A stretch of DNA of 60,738 nt, the filler included. It is 4 parts of 4 records of this genome, joined end to end, with 100 filler letters (N's around TTAATTAATTAA, not from the genome) between each part and the next. Parts side by side here need not be neighbours in the genome. Positions count along the whole stretch, not along the records: positions 1 to 24,396 come from SRR31156797_5366; 3 more parts are not named here. One strand, 5' to 3'. Every line of letters begins with the position of its first letter. Within the stretch, counting starts at the first letter, position 1. Both the position numbers and the translations under genes were made by a program. The notes under the pieces are model-generated. The model ran no database searches and was not told the DNA's origin. It saw nothing but the letters and a program-made list of their open reading frames with translations. Of the stretch, positions 1-8,688 are shown in pieces.

Positions 1-311
1 ATTTAGAAATCGAAAGTAAAGAAGGTCGCTCAAAAGACTAAGCCAAGCCCTTTTTGCTTCATTTTGGGGGCATCAAAAATGAAGAGCCAAGCCGGCTAGA
101 GGCGAAGGCAATGAGATGTTAATTCATTCAAATTTTAGAGTATCCTTTACAGATTCATAAATGAATTATTAAAAATATATTCTTGCAGCAAATCAATTAA
201 ATCCACAACTTTAAGAAGTGATCCTTTTTATTCAAAATGTCGTGTAAATGTCGCATTTTTGTAGTTGTATTGTAACCTCATTCATACCGACATTTGTAAT
301 AAAAAGAAACG

Positions 312-890
312 ATGAAAATTGGATTACTAGTAAAAGAATTGCGTGTAAAGAAGGGACTTACTCAGGAAGAGTTAGCAGACAAAACTGAACTCAGTGCGCG
401 TACAATTCAGCGTATTGAAAGTGGCGAAGTAGATCCTCGAGCCTATTCATTACAAATGATTGCCAAAGCATTGGATGTGGAGTACAGCATTTTTTTGGAA
501 GCATCTGCTGAAGATGATCAGAAATTGGAACAACAAGAAAATAAAAAACAACAACGAATTCTTGCCTGGCTGCATTTTAGTGGATTTTTACCACTGTTTA
601 TTCCAAGTACAATTATTTATTATGCAAACCTCAAAAAACCTCCTTCAATAGACAAACATTTTAAAGATGTGATTGAATTTCAGCTTACCATATGGCTGGT
701 ATTTATCATTCCCGGCAGTTTAATGTACTTTTTCTTCGATATAAATAATTTCATAAATAAAGCACCTTTCGTATTAATTCTTGGGTTATTAATATCTACG
801 GGATTGTCTTTTCACAATGCTATTAAAGTTTTTCGTAATGAGGAGTATAAAAAGCTTTATATTCTGAAATCAAAAAAGAAGCAAAAATAA
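312..890 (+). CDS. XRE-family HTH regulator with C-terminal membrane domain (DUF4870-like)
   Basis: N-terminal HTH (LRVKKGLTQEELADKTELSARTIQRIESGEVDPR) followed by three hydrophobic segments. Confidence 0.85.
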   Translation: MKIGLLVKELRVKKGLTQEELADKTELSARTIQRIESGEVDPRAYSLQMIAKALDVEYSIFLEASAEDDQKLEQQENKKQQRILAWLHFSGFLPLFIPSTIIYYANLKKPPSIDKHFKDVIEFQLTIWLVFIIPGSLMYFFFDINNFINKAPFVLILGLLISTGLSFHNAIKVFRNEEYKKLYILKSKKKQK

Positions 891-891
891 A

Positions 892-1464
892 ATGACTGAA
901 AAATATTACCACACCAAAGAATCGGTTCAGGAATACATCCAATTGGCTAAAGATGTAAACGGTAGAGAATTAATTGAAAAGTTGAAACAATATTTGCCTC
1001 CGAAAGCAAGCTTATTGGAGATTGGTTCCGGACCCGGCACAGATTGGAATATTTTGAATGAAGCCTATAATGTAACAGGATCAGATAATTCAAAAGAATT
1101 TCTCAATCATCTACAAAATGAAAACCCCAATGGTGAATTTTTGGAATTGGATGCAAGTACATTGGAAACAGATCTGAAATTTGACGGAATTTATTCCAAT
1201 AAGGTGTTACATCATTTAACAGATGAAGCCTTGCAGTCTTCAATTAAAAGGCAATTTGAAATATTGAGTTCTGGCGCAATCATTTGCCATTCATTTTGGA
1301 AAGGACAGGGTTCAGAGGAATTCAAGGGAATGTTTGTAAATTATCATGATGAATCGGAACTTATAAAGCTTTTCGAAGAAAATTTTGAGATACTATTGAT
1401 AGAATCTTATCAGGAATTTGAAGAGGGTGATTCTTTGCTTCTAATTGGTAAAAGAAAAATATAG
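892..1464 (+). CDS. Class I SAM-dependent methyltransferase
   Basis: Motif I LLEIGSGPG; FDGIYSNKVLHHL. Confidence 0.9.
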   Translation: MTEKYYHTKESVQEYIQLAKDVNGRELIEKLKQYLPPKASLLEIGSGPGTDWNILNEAYNVTGSDNSKEFLNHLQNENPNGEFLELDASTLETDLKFDGIYSNKVLHHLTDEALQSSIKRQFEILSSGAIICHSFWKGQGSEEFKGMFVNYHDESELIKLFEENFEILLIESYQEFEEGDSLLLIGKRKI

Positions 1465-1474
1465 TTCTTGTCAG

Positions 1475-4400
1475 TTAAAGTTTAATACCAATCATAGTTG
1501 CATCATCAATCTGTTTGTAATTACCTTTCCATATATCAAAAGCCAGCTCAAGGTTTTCTTTTTGGGTTTCCATTGGCAAATCATGGATTTTAAATAGCAG
1601 GTTTTTTAAACGACCGAATGTAAATTTTTGATTTTTCATTCCGCCAAATTGATCGGTATAACCGTCTGTGAACAGGTAAATCTGGCAACCTTCGTCGTAT
1701 TGATATTCTTGTTGTGTGAAATGCACTTCTTTAGTGTTTAGAAATGAATCACCTATTTCAATTAAGTCTCCTTTGACTTGTGTGAGTACATCGTTTTCAA
1801 TAATGATAATGGCTTGCATAGCTGAAGCAATGGTAAGCATTTGATTTTGTTTGTCTATTTTAATAATAGAGACATCCATTCCGTCTTCATTGGCACCCGT
1901 ATCTTTTTCGCTTTGGTGTAAAATGAAATGTAATTTTGTATGCATGGCCTCCAATATTTTATGGGGTTCATGTATTTTGTCATGTACCACTATCTCATTA
2001 AGGAGGGTGTTACCTATCATAGACATAAAGCCTCCGGGCACCCCATGTCCAGTACAATCAACCACTGCAAAATAGTACACATCATTTACTTTAGCATTCC
2101 AATAGAAATCGCCGCTTACAATATCCTTGGGCTGATAAAAAATAAAAAACTCTTTTGAGATTTCCTTAATGACTTCTTCTGATGGGAGAATCGCTTTTTG
2201 AATCTGAAGTGCATATTGAATACTATCGGTTATTTTCTTTTTCTGAGCACGAACTTCATGGGTCCGTATTTTCACCCTTTCCTCAAGATTAATATTCGCT
2301 TTTCGAAGTCTTCTTGAGTTGAAAATAGTATATAAATAGAGTAATAGGGCTATTAAAATAAGATAGGACATATAAGCCCAAATAGTTCTATACCAAGGGG
2401 GAAGTATTTCGAAATGATATTCTACAGTGTTTCCGAGATTCATCTGCAAGTCACGAGCCCTAACATGCAACGTGTATTGCCCTTCTTTAAGATAGTTGTA
2501 TTCCTTCACAGGTTGATTAGACCAGTCTGACCATTGTTCATTTTTATCAAATCCTTCTAAATAAAAAGAGAATTGATTTTTATAAGCATTTACAAATGAG
2601 GTGGCTGCAAAGGAAAACCTGATGGCATTTTGATGAAAAGAAAGCGTGATAATGCTATCATTTTCAGCTTTATTTCTTAGCGAATAAATGTTGTAGGGGT
2701 CATTGATAATTTCAACTTTGTTGATGTGTGTTTGTATAGTCGTTGCTATTTCCTTACGCTTCTTCTTGTCGTATATAATCAATCCATTCGAACTTGATAA
2801 AAAGATGGTAGAGTCATTGTAATAATATACACTACTTATTGATTGTTTGCGCACATGGTTAAATTGTGCTGTATCTTTAATATAGTCTCCATCTTCTTGA
2901 TAAACCAATTCTCCCATGGTTTTAGTGCGAGATGAAATAAACCAAATATTTTTATTAGGCGCTTCAACCAGGTAATCAGGGGCTTCTTTCCCAATGAGTT
3001 GATTTAGGTAATCATCAGGGATTAAAGTGTCAAGTTTCCTATTGTACGCATATATGCCACTATCTGTGGCTACTTTTACTTTATTGTTTATCCAGTATGG
3101 ATAATTAAGGGTATTTGAGGGTAATCCTTTGTTAATACTATATGATTTTTGAGAGACGATGGAATCCAGATCATCTGATAATTTAATTTTATAGACCCCC
3201 TCATTGACGCTTTCTGTCCATAAATAATTTTCTTCATCAAAAAGGCTGTAGCTTATAAATCCCTTGCTTCCAGCAACTTTACCTTTTGATTTCCATTCTC
3301 CATTTTTATATTGAATGACTTCGAGTCCGTTTTCAAGATTAACGATTAATGTATTAGGTTTGTCTTTGACAGGAGTAAATGATCGTGCTGACCTCCAGGA
3401 AATTTCGTTTAAAGAATTGTTTTTTATTTCAAAAGTCCCATATGTAGTAGCAATAAGTAAGCTATTATTATATTCAAATAACGACCATGATTCTTCTCTA
3501 AAACCACGGTAAGGCTTAAATTTTTGAAAATTTTGCTTGTCCAGCGGATTTGGTTTTTTATCCAGATCTTTTGAAAAAAGGCCTTCAATAGAAGCTGCAT
3601 ATAATCGTTTAGGGATATTATCATTGGGGTTGTCATATATTATGGCATCTTTTATACTTCCGTTTACATTAGAGTATTTATTTAGAGTAGTCAGTGATAG
3701 GTCCATATTTACCAATGTAATTCCCCTGTCCATTGTTAGCCAGATGTTGTGATTTTGATCCTCATAAATGCTTGTGATATTATTGTTGTTTAGCCCAAAG
3801 GATTCGTTTAGGTTTATAATAGAGTTAAGAGACAAATCACAAAAGAAAATGCCTCCGTAATAGGTAGAAATACAGAGGTTTTCATTGTTGTAATTAATTC
3901 CGGTATATAAATAGTTCTTCTTAATTTGCTCGGTTGTAGCATTGTTAATTGAGTCTCTAATTTTCAGACTTCCTTCTGCGGTGTCGATTTCACAAATGAA
4001 AAACTTACTTTTTGCTGTGGTAATTAAATATAAATCATTTGGATAATTAATTACATTGTAGATTGGCTCTTTATAGAATCTTTCGGCTCCTTTTAGTTTA
4101 ATCAAATTACCATTTTTATACATTTTTAAACCATAATATACATCATGGGTAAAAAAATGATCACGGGCCACACTTGCCCATGCATAATCCCATTCAGCTT
4201 TAAACTCTTGAATAGTTTCGTTTTGGTATACAAATATTGACACTGAGGTTTGAAAAAACACACGGTTATTGATTGCATGTGTGGTCCATACATCCTGAAA
4301 ATATGTATGATTTTTTGGAAGAAGGTGTGTTAGTGATTCATATTTCAGGATATCTTTTTCATTGGGTGTGAGTCGCCCAAATTCCTCATATCCACCTACA

Positions 4401-4726
4401 TATATGTTGCCATCTTCAGAAACATCTAAAGATCGTACAACAGTGCGATTTGGCAATTCAATTAAGCGCCACCAGTTACCATCAAATTCGAGTACGCCAT
4501 CGCCATTGGCAAAATACATTTTACCATTGGGAGCTTGCACACAATCCCAGTTTTGAGGATTGGCGTCATACTCATCATATGGGAAATAGCTGGTAAAAGG
4601 CAAGCCAGTATTAGTTAAACCCTGGCTAAATAATAAGCCATTGAGCAAAACTAACAGACTTAATAGGCTATTGCACTTTGATAACATTAGTAATAACTGG
4701 CATGTTGATTTCATCGGAAAGTACAC
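1475..4726 (-). CDS. Membrane sensor: periplasmic beta-propeller/Y_Y_Y domain plus SpoIIE (PP2C) phosphatase
   Basis: Propeller repeats (ITSIYEDQNHNIWL); YNYLKEGQYTLHVRA; PPWYRT-TM segment; PKDIVSGDFYW, DCTGHGVPG, DGMD, FTDGYTDQFGG, QIDD. Start may be the ATG a few codons downstream. Confidence 0.9.
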   Translation of the reverse strand: MYFPMKSTCQLLLMLSKCNSLLSLLVLLNGLLFSQGLTNTGLPFTSYFPYDEYDANPQNWDCVQAPNGKMYFANGDGVLEFDGNWWRLIELPNRTVVRSLDVSEDGNIYVGGYEEFGRLTPNEKDILKYESLTHLLPKNHTYFQDVWTTHAINNRVFFQTSVSIFVYQNETIQEFKAEWDYAWASVARDHFFTHDVYYGLKMYKNGNLIKLKGAERFYKEPIYNVINYPNDLYLITTAKSKFFICEIDTAEGSLKIRDSINNATTEQIKKNYLYTGINYNNENLCISTYYGGIFFCDLSLNSIINLNESFGLNNNNITSIYEDQNHNIWLTMDRGITLVNMDLSLTTLNKYSNVNGSIKDAIIYDNPNDNIPKRLYAASIEGLFSKDLDKKPNPLDKQNFQKFKPYRGFREESWSLFEYNNSLLIATTYGTFEIKNNSLNEISWRSARSFTPVKDKPNTLIVNLENGLEVIQYKNGEWKSKGKVAGSKGFISYSLFDEENYLWTESVNEGVYKIKLSDDLDSIVSQKSYSINKGLPSNTLNYPYWINNKVKVATDSGIYAYNRKLDTLIPDDYLNQLIGKEAPDYLVEAPNKNIWFISSRTKTMGELVYQEDGDYIKDTAQFNHVRKQSISSVYYYNDSTIFLSSSNGLIIYDKKKRKEIATTIQTHINKVEIINDPYNIYSLRNKAENDSIITLSFHQNAIRFSFAATSFVNAYKNQFSFYLEGFDKNEQWSDWSNQPVKEYNYLKEGQYTLHVRARDLQMNLGNTVEYHFEILPPWYRTIWAYMSYLILIALLLYLYTIFNSRRLRKANINLEERVKIRTHEVRAQKKKITDSIQYALQIQKAILPSEEVIKEISKEFFIFYQPKDIVSGDFYWNAKVNDVYYFAVVDCTGHGVPGGFMSMIGNTLLNEIVVHDKIHEPHKILEAMHTKLHFILHQSEKDTGANEDGMDVSIIKIDKQNQMLTIASAMQAIIIIENDVLTQVKGDLIEIGDSFLNTKEVHFTQQEYQYDEGCQIYLFTDGYTDQFGGMKNQKFTFGRLKNLLFKIHDLPMETQKENLELAFDIWKGNYKQIDDATMIGIKL

Positions 4727-4877
4727 AAAAAGAATGGATTTATGAAAAAATATTTAAAATTTAGCCATTTGCAAGTTGTTTGTTCTTTGTAAATAGCAAA
4801 TGTCTTTTTTTTCCAATTATGCGTTTTGCCGGCAAACTATTTTTGTCGTGTACATTTAACCTTAAAAACTTTACACG

Positions 4878-5231
4878 ATGAACAAACTAATTACTTGGGT
4901 CGAAATTCCGGCCAACGATTTTGACCGCGCTGTCGATTTTTACAACGGTATTTTTAATCTTAATCTGGAGAAGTTAGACTTTGGAGAAGAAAAGATGGCT
5001 TGCTTTCCAAATGATGAAGGCGCCATTTCAAAAGCTCCGGGTTTTAAGCCATCTTCTGATGGTGTATTGGTAAGCTTTAAAACCAACAATCTGACAAACT
5101 TACTTCAGAAAGTTGAAAAAGATGGGGGAAAGGTTGTGAAACCTAAAACCAAAATTGAAGCAGAAGGTCGAGGTTATTTTGCTTTAATTCTCGATAGCGA
5201 GGGCAACAAAATTGGATTGTACGAAGATTAA
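4878..5231 (+). CDS. VOC/glyoxalase family protein
   Basis: WVEIPANDFDRAVDFY ... GYFALILDSEGNKIGL. Confidence 0.9.
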   Translation: MNKLITWVEIPANDFDRAVDFYNGIFNLNLEKLDFGEEKMACFPNDEGAISKAPGFKPSSDGVLVSFKTNNLTNLLQKVEKDGGKVVKPKTKIEAEGRGYFALILDSEGNKIGLYED

Positions 5232-5241
5232 AACCTTAATC

Positions 5242-5274
5242 GATGACTCCGGTGAAAACTGGAGTCATCTTTTA
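5242..5274 (+). terminator. Intrinsic terminator-like hairpin
   Basis: GATGACTCCGG-TGAAA-ACTGGAGTCATC followed by a T-run just after the VOC stop. Confidence 0.65.
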
Positions 5275-5288
5275 TATATTTGTAATCA

Positions 5289-6107
5289 ATGGATTTCAAT
5301 ATTGCTAAACCCGGGCCATTTTTGTCTCAGTATGTGAAACATTACTGGGCGATGGATCATTGTCACTTGCCGGGAACAGAACATACACAGCGAATAGTTC
5401 CTTGTGGATTGTTCGAAATAATATTTTATTTCAGCGGTAAAGCAACATCTTCAAACGGCAACCTGAAGATGAATGATTCAATTATGGTTTCCGGTCAGCA
5501 AAGAGGATTCTATGATATCAGTGTGTCAGGGAACTTATCGTTATTTGCCATCTATTTTCACCCACACGGACTTTCAATGTTGTTAGATTTACCGTTAACA
5601 GAATTATACAATCAAAGTATTCCATTAAAATATCTTCTAAAAGGCAGAATCGCAAAGTTGGAAGATGAATTATATGAAGTTCAAAGTTTTGAACAACGAA
5701 TAGCCTTGTCGGAAAAGTTTTTGATGGAAAGCTTTAAAAAAACTGAACAGAAATATCAGTATAAAAATATCAAACATGCTATAAATATTATTAATCAGCA
5801 TCAGGGCATGATAGAAGTTGACGAGCTTGCCTCACACTCATGTTTGAGCCGTAAACAGTTTGAACGGGTTTTTTCAAATATCATTGGTACAACGCCAAAA
5901 CAGTTTTTAAAAATTGTACGCTTCCAACATGCCATTTACCAAAAGTCAAAGCACCCGGAATTCTCTCTTACCCAAATTGCACATAACTGTGGCTATTACG
6001 ATCAGTCCCATATGATCAATGATTTTAAAACTCTTTCCGGATTTACACCCAAGCAGTTTTTTAGCGATTGTGAACCTTACTCAGATTATTTCGAGAATAT
6101 TGTTTGA
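5289..6107 (+). CDS. AraC-family regulator (DUF6597-type N-terminus)
   Basis: LSRKQFERVFSNIIGTTPKQFLKIVRF; GYYDQSHMINDFK. Confidence 0.92.
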   Translation: MDFNIAKPGPFLSQYVKHYWAMDHCHLPGTEHTQRIVPCGLFEIIFYFSGKATSSNGNLKMNDSIMVSGQQRGFYDISVSGNLSLFAIYFHPHGLSMLLDLPLTELYNQSIPLKYLLKGRIAKLEDELYEVQSFEQRIALSEKFLMESFKKTEQKYQYKNIKHAINIINQHQGMIEVDELASHSCLSRKQFERVFSNIIGTTPKQFLKIVRFQHAIYQKSKHPEFSLTQIAHNCGYYDQSHMINDFKTLSGFTPKQFFSDCEPYSDYFENIV

Positions 6108-6174
6108 TAACTAACTTCTTAAAACATATATTAGTACACAACTAAATAACATCATGCTTTAGAAATTCCATTAA

Positions 6175-6720
6175 ATGAAAACACAATTAATCTTATTCAT
6201 GATCTTAGGAACTTTTATAAGTTGTACTACTTATGGGCCCCTTTATAAGGAAAAACCAGAAAAAATAGCTTTATCAATTCCACTTAATAGTTTTGAAATT
6301 GAAATAATTGATAAAAGAACCAATACTTCAGATCGATTAATTCATTTGCAATTAATGACTTTTGGAGGTGAATATGATTCAGTATCTCCTATAGTTCCAA
6401 AAGAATTGAAACAAGTTTTAACAGAGACAATTGAAAATTTAAAAATTGAAGGAAACAGAAATTTAAAATTTCAGGTGTTGGTTTATAAAGGTTTTCAAAA
6501 GTTCTATTCCACAGGAAATGCTGAAGTTGAATATGTAAAAGTTGAAATTGGAGTAAATGTGTTTGATTTGGATTCAGGTATAAAAATTGACAATACAACT
6601 ATAGAATCTTGGGGCGAGAAGCATTCATGGGATGCCAGTTTGAAGAAAATAAGTAAAATGTATGTAAATGCTTTCCTGCAAGCTTTCAAAAAAGGCCTTT
6701 CTAAAATGAATCTGGAATAA
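6175..6720 (+). CDS. Hypothetical lipoprotein
   Basis: Signal peptide with lipobox-like FISC; very AT-rich. Confidence 0.65.
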   Translation: MKTQLILFMILGTFISCTTYGPLYKEKPEKIALSIPLNSFEIEIIDKRTNTSDRLIHLQLMTFGGEYDSVSPIVPKELKQVLTETIENLKIEGNRNLKFQVLVYKGFQKFYSTGNAEVEYVKVEIGVNVFDLDSGIKIDNTTIESWGEKHSWDASLKKISKMYVNAFLQAFKKGLSKMNLE

Positions 6721-6800
6721 TCTAAACTTCTATTCACATTTCAAATCACCTGAAATAATTCTCTCTATTACAAGACTTTGTGTTTTATTTCACAAATAAA

Positions 6801-6881
6801 TGTAAAAAATATTTGACATTGTGTAAAGTATGTTTATCTTTGTGACGTAAATATTTTACAATAAGTCAAATTTAAATTACA
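6801..6881 (+). promoter_or_regulatory. Bacteroidota housekeeping promoter with overlapping operator-like palindromes
   Basis: TTTG at 6812-6815, 19-nt spacer, TATCTTTG (TAnnTTTG) at 6835-6842; repeated TGTAAA...TTTACA-like sites. Confidence 0.6.
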
Positions 6882-6892
6882 AGGAGGTTATT

Positions 6893-7339
6893 ATGTCCTA
6901 CCGTGAAAAAGAAAACCTGATTAACATTTTTAGTGGAATTATTATCACAGCTATTTTTGGTTGGATAGCGTACCAACGACACATGAGTGGTACCTGGGAT
7001 TTGGTCAATGATTACTCTCAATGGGGTAAAGCATTATTGTATTTTATGGGAATTTCAATTGGCGCTCGTATTGCTATTTATATTGTATTCAGTATAATTA
7101 ATACGATTGTGACCAAAGAAGAAGATGTTCCTAAAGAAGATGAGCGCGATAAACTCATCAAATTGAAAGCAACCCGAAATGCTTATTGGACCTTTTCATT
7201 CGGTATGCTAAGTGGAATAATATTATTAGCAGTTGGAGTACCCGTATATAGTATTTTTATAGTGTTTATTGGAGCCGGTTTGTTAACTGAAATAATGGAG
7301 AATGTATCACAAATTTACTTTTACCGGAAAGGAGTATAA
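6893..7339 (+). CDS. Four-TM membrane protein (DUF2178-like)
   Basis: Four hydrophobic segments; EDERDKLIKLKA motif; coupled to a small HTH gene. Confidence 0.75.
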   Translation: MSYREKENLINIFSGIIITAIFGWIAYQRHMSGTWDLVNDYSQWGKALLYFMGISIGARIAIYIVFSIINTIVTKEEDVPKEDERDKLIKLKATRNAYWTFSFGMLSGIILLAVGVPVYSIFIVFIGAGLLTEIMENVSQIYFYRKGV

Positions 7340-7341
7340 GT

Positions 7342-7581
7342 ATGAGTAAAAATGTCATACAAAGTAATATCCGGACACTTCGCTTTATGGCTGATGAGAT
7401 GACCCAACAGCAGCTTGCCGATGAAGTGGAAGTCTCCAGGCAAACTATTGTAGCCATTGAGAAAGGAAAATACTCCCCTTCGCTAGAACTGGCTTTCAAA
7501 ATCGCACAAGTATTTGAAAAGCCACTGGAAGAAGTGTTTACATACGCTCCGGAAGAGAAAAAAACGAAAAAGAAAAAATGA
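7342..7581 (+). CDS. Small XRE-family HTH regulator
   Basis: MTQQQLADEVEVSRQTIVAIEKGKYSPSLELAFKIA. Confidence 0.92.
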   Translation: MSKNVIQSNIRTLRFMADEMTQQQLADEVEVSRQTIVAIEKGKYSPSLELAFKIAQVFEKPLEEVFTYAPEEKKTKKKK

Positions 7582-7678
7582 AATGGCCATTTCGATTCGC
7601 ACAACCTTGCACACTTGCAACTCAATGGCCGAGAGTTCTAATATCCAATATCAATAATCTAATATCCATTTTTAAACT

Positions 7679-8494
7679 ATGAACCCAACACAAAACGACG
7701 CCCGACAAGTATTCAAAGAAAAAGGAACTTGCTCCCAAACTTTTGGTTACCTGCTAAACCGTGAGTTTGATCAATTAACTATCGATCACGAAAAAGCGTT
7801 GGATCCATTAGCCGGAGGTATATTTCGCTATGGTCACCAATGTGGTATGCTATGGGGAGCTGCACTTGGTGTAAGCCTTCAGGCACACAAAAAGTACAGT
7901 GATGAAAATCAAGCCACTGCCGCAGCCATTAAAGCTACTAAACAAATTCTAAACTCATTTGAAAGTGAAACCCAAGCCCATAACTGTCGCACCATAACCC
8001 GAACCAACTTCAGATGTAAACTTGGAATTGTAAAGTACCTTATAACAGGTCGATATAAGTATTGCTTCAACCTGGCGGAAAAATGGGCTCCCGATGCCCT
8101 GCAAACAGCTCATAAAGGTCTTGAGAATGGACAGGAATTCCTAGAGGCCATTAGCTGTGCTTCGGAAACCATTAAAAAAATGGGTGGCACAGCCGAGGAA
8201 GCAGCCATGGTGAGTGGCTTTGCAGGAGGTCTGGGTCTTAGCAGACAAGCTTGCGGTGCATTGAGTGCTGCCATTTGGTACAAAGCGCTAAAATGGCAAA
8301 AAGAAAACCCGGATAAAAAGTCGTCCTATAATAATGCGGATAGCAAAGAAGTATTGAAAAAGTTCTTGAAACAAACTAGAAAAGAGCTTAGTTGTGAAAA
8401 AATCTGTGGCCAGAAATTCGATTCTGTAAAATCACATACTGAATATATTAAGAATGGCGGTTGTAAAGAGATTATTGAAACATTAGCTTTTTAA
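7679..8494 (+). CDS. C_GCAxxG_C_C family putative redox protein, two tandem domains
   Basis: TCSQ..GG..QCGMLWG..NC..C followed by SCAS..GG..ACGALS..SC..C. Confidence 0.8.
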   Translation: MNPTQNDARQVFKEKGTCSQTFGYLLNREFDQLTIDHEKALDPLAGGIFRYGHQCGMLWGAALGVSLQAHKKYSDENQATAAAIKATKQILNSFESETQAHNCRTITRTNFRCKLGIVKYLITGRYKYCFNLAEKWAPDALQTAHKGLENGQEFLEAISCASETIKKMGGTAEEAAMVSGFAGGLGLSRQACGALSAAIWYKALKWQKENPDKKSSYNNADSKEVLKKFLKQTRKELSCEKICGQKFDSVKSHTEYIKNGGCKEIIETLAF

Positions 8495-8688
8495 ACTATT
8501 AAGCACTTCGAAGATTTCAACATAGAAGAAATTAAGATTATTAAGGGCGTTGCTTAGACACCTTAATTATTCTTAATGTCTTAATGGTTAGAAAAATAGC
8601 ATCTTAATACCTATAATTTGTTGTTGAGTTCTATCATAACTTTTGTATCTTGTAACTTAATATTCTTATAGTTGCAAAATCTACCATT

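Noticed and set aside
7679-8494. Selenocysteine recoding in the C_GCAxxG_C_C protein
   Set aside because: All motif positions are ordinary Cys codons in an uninterrupted ORF
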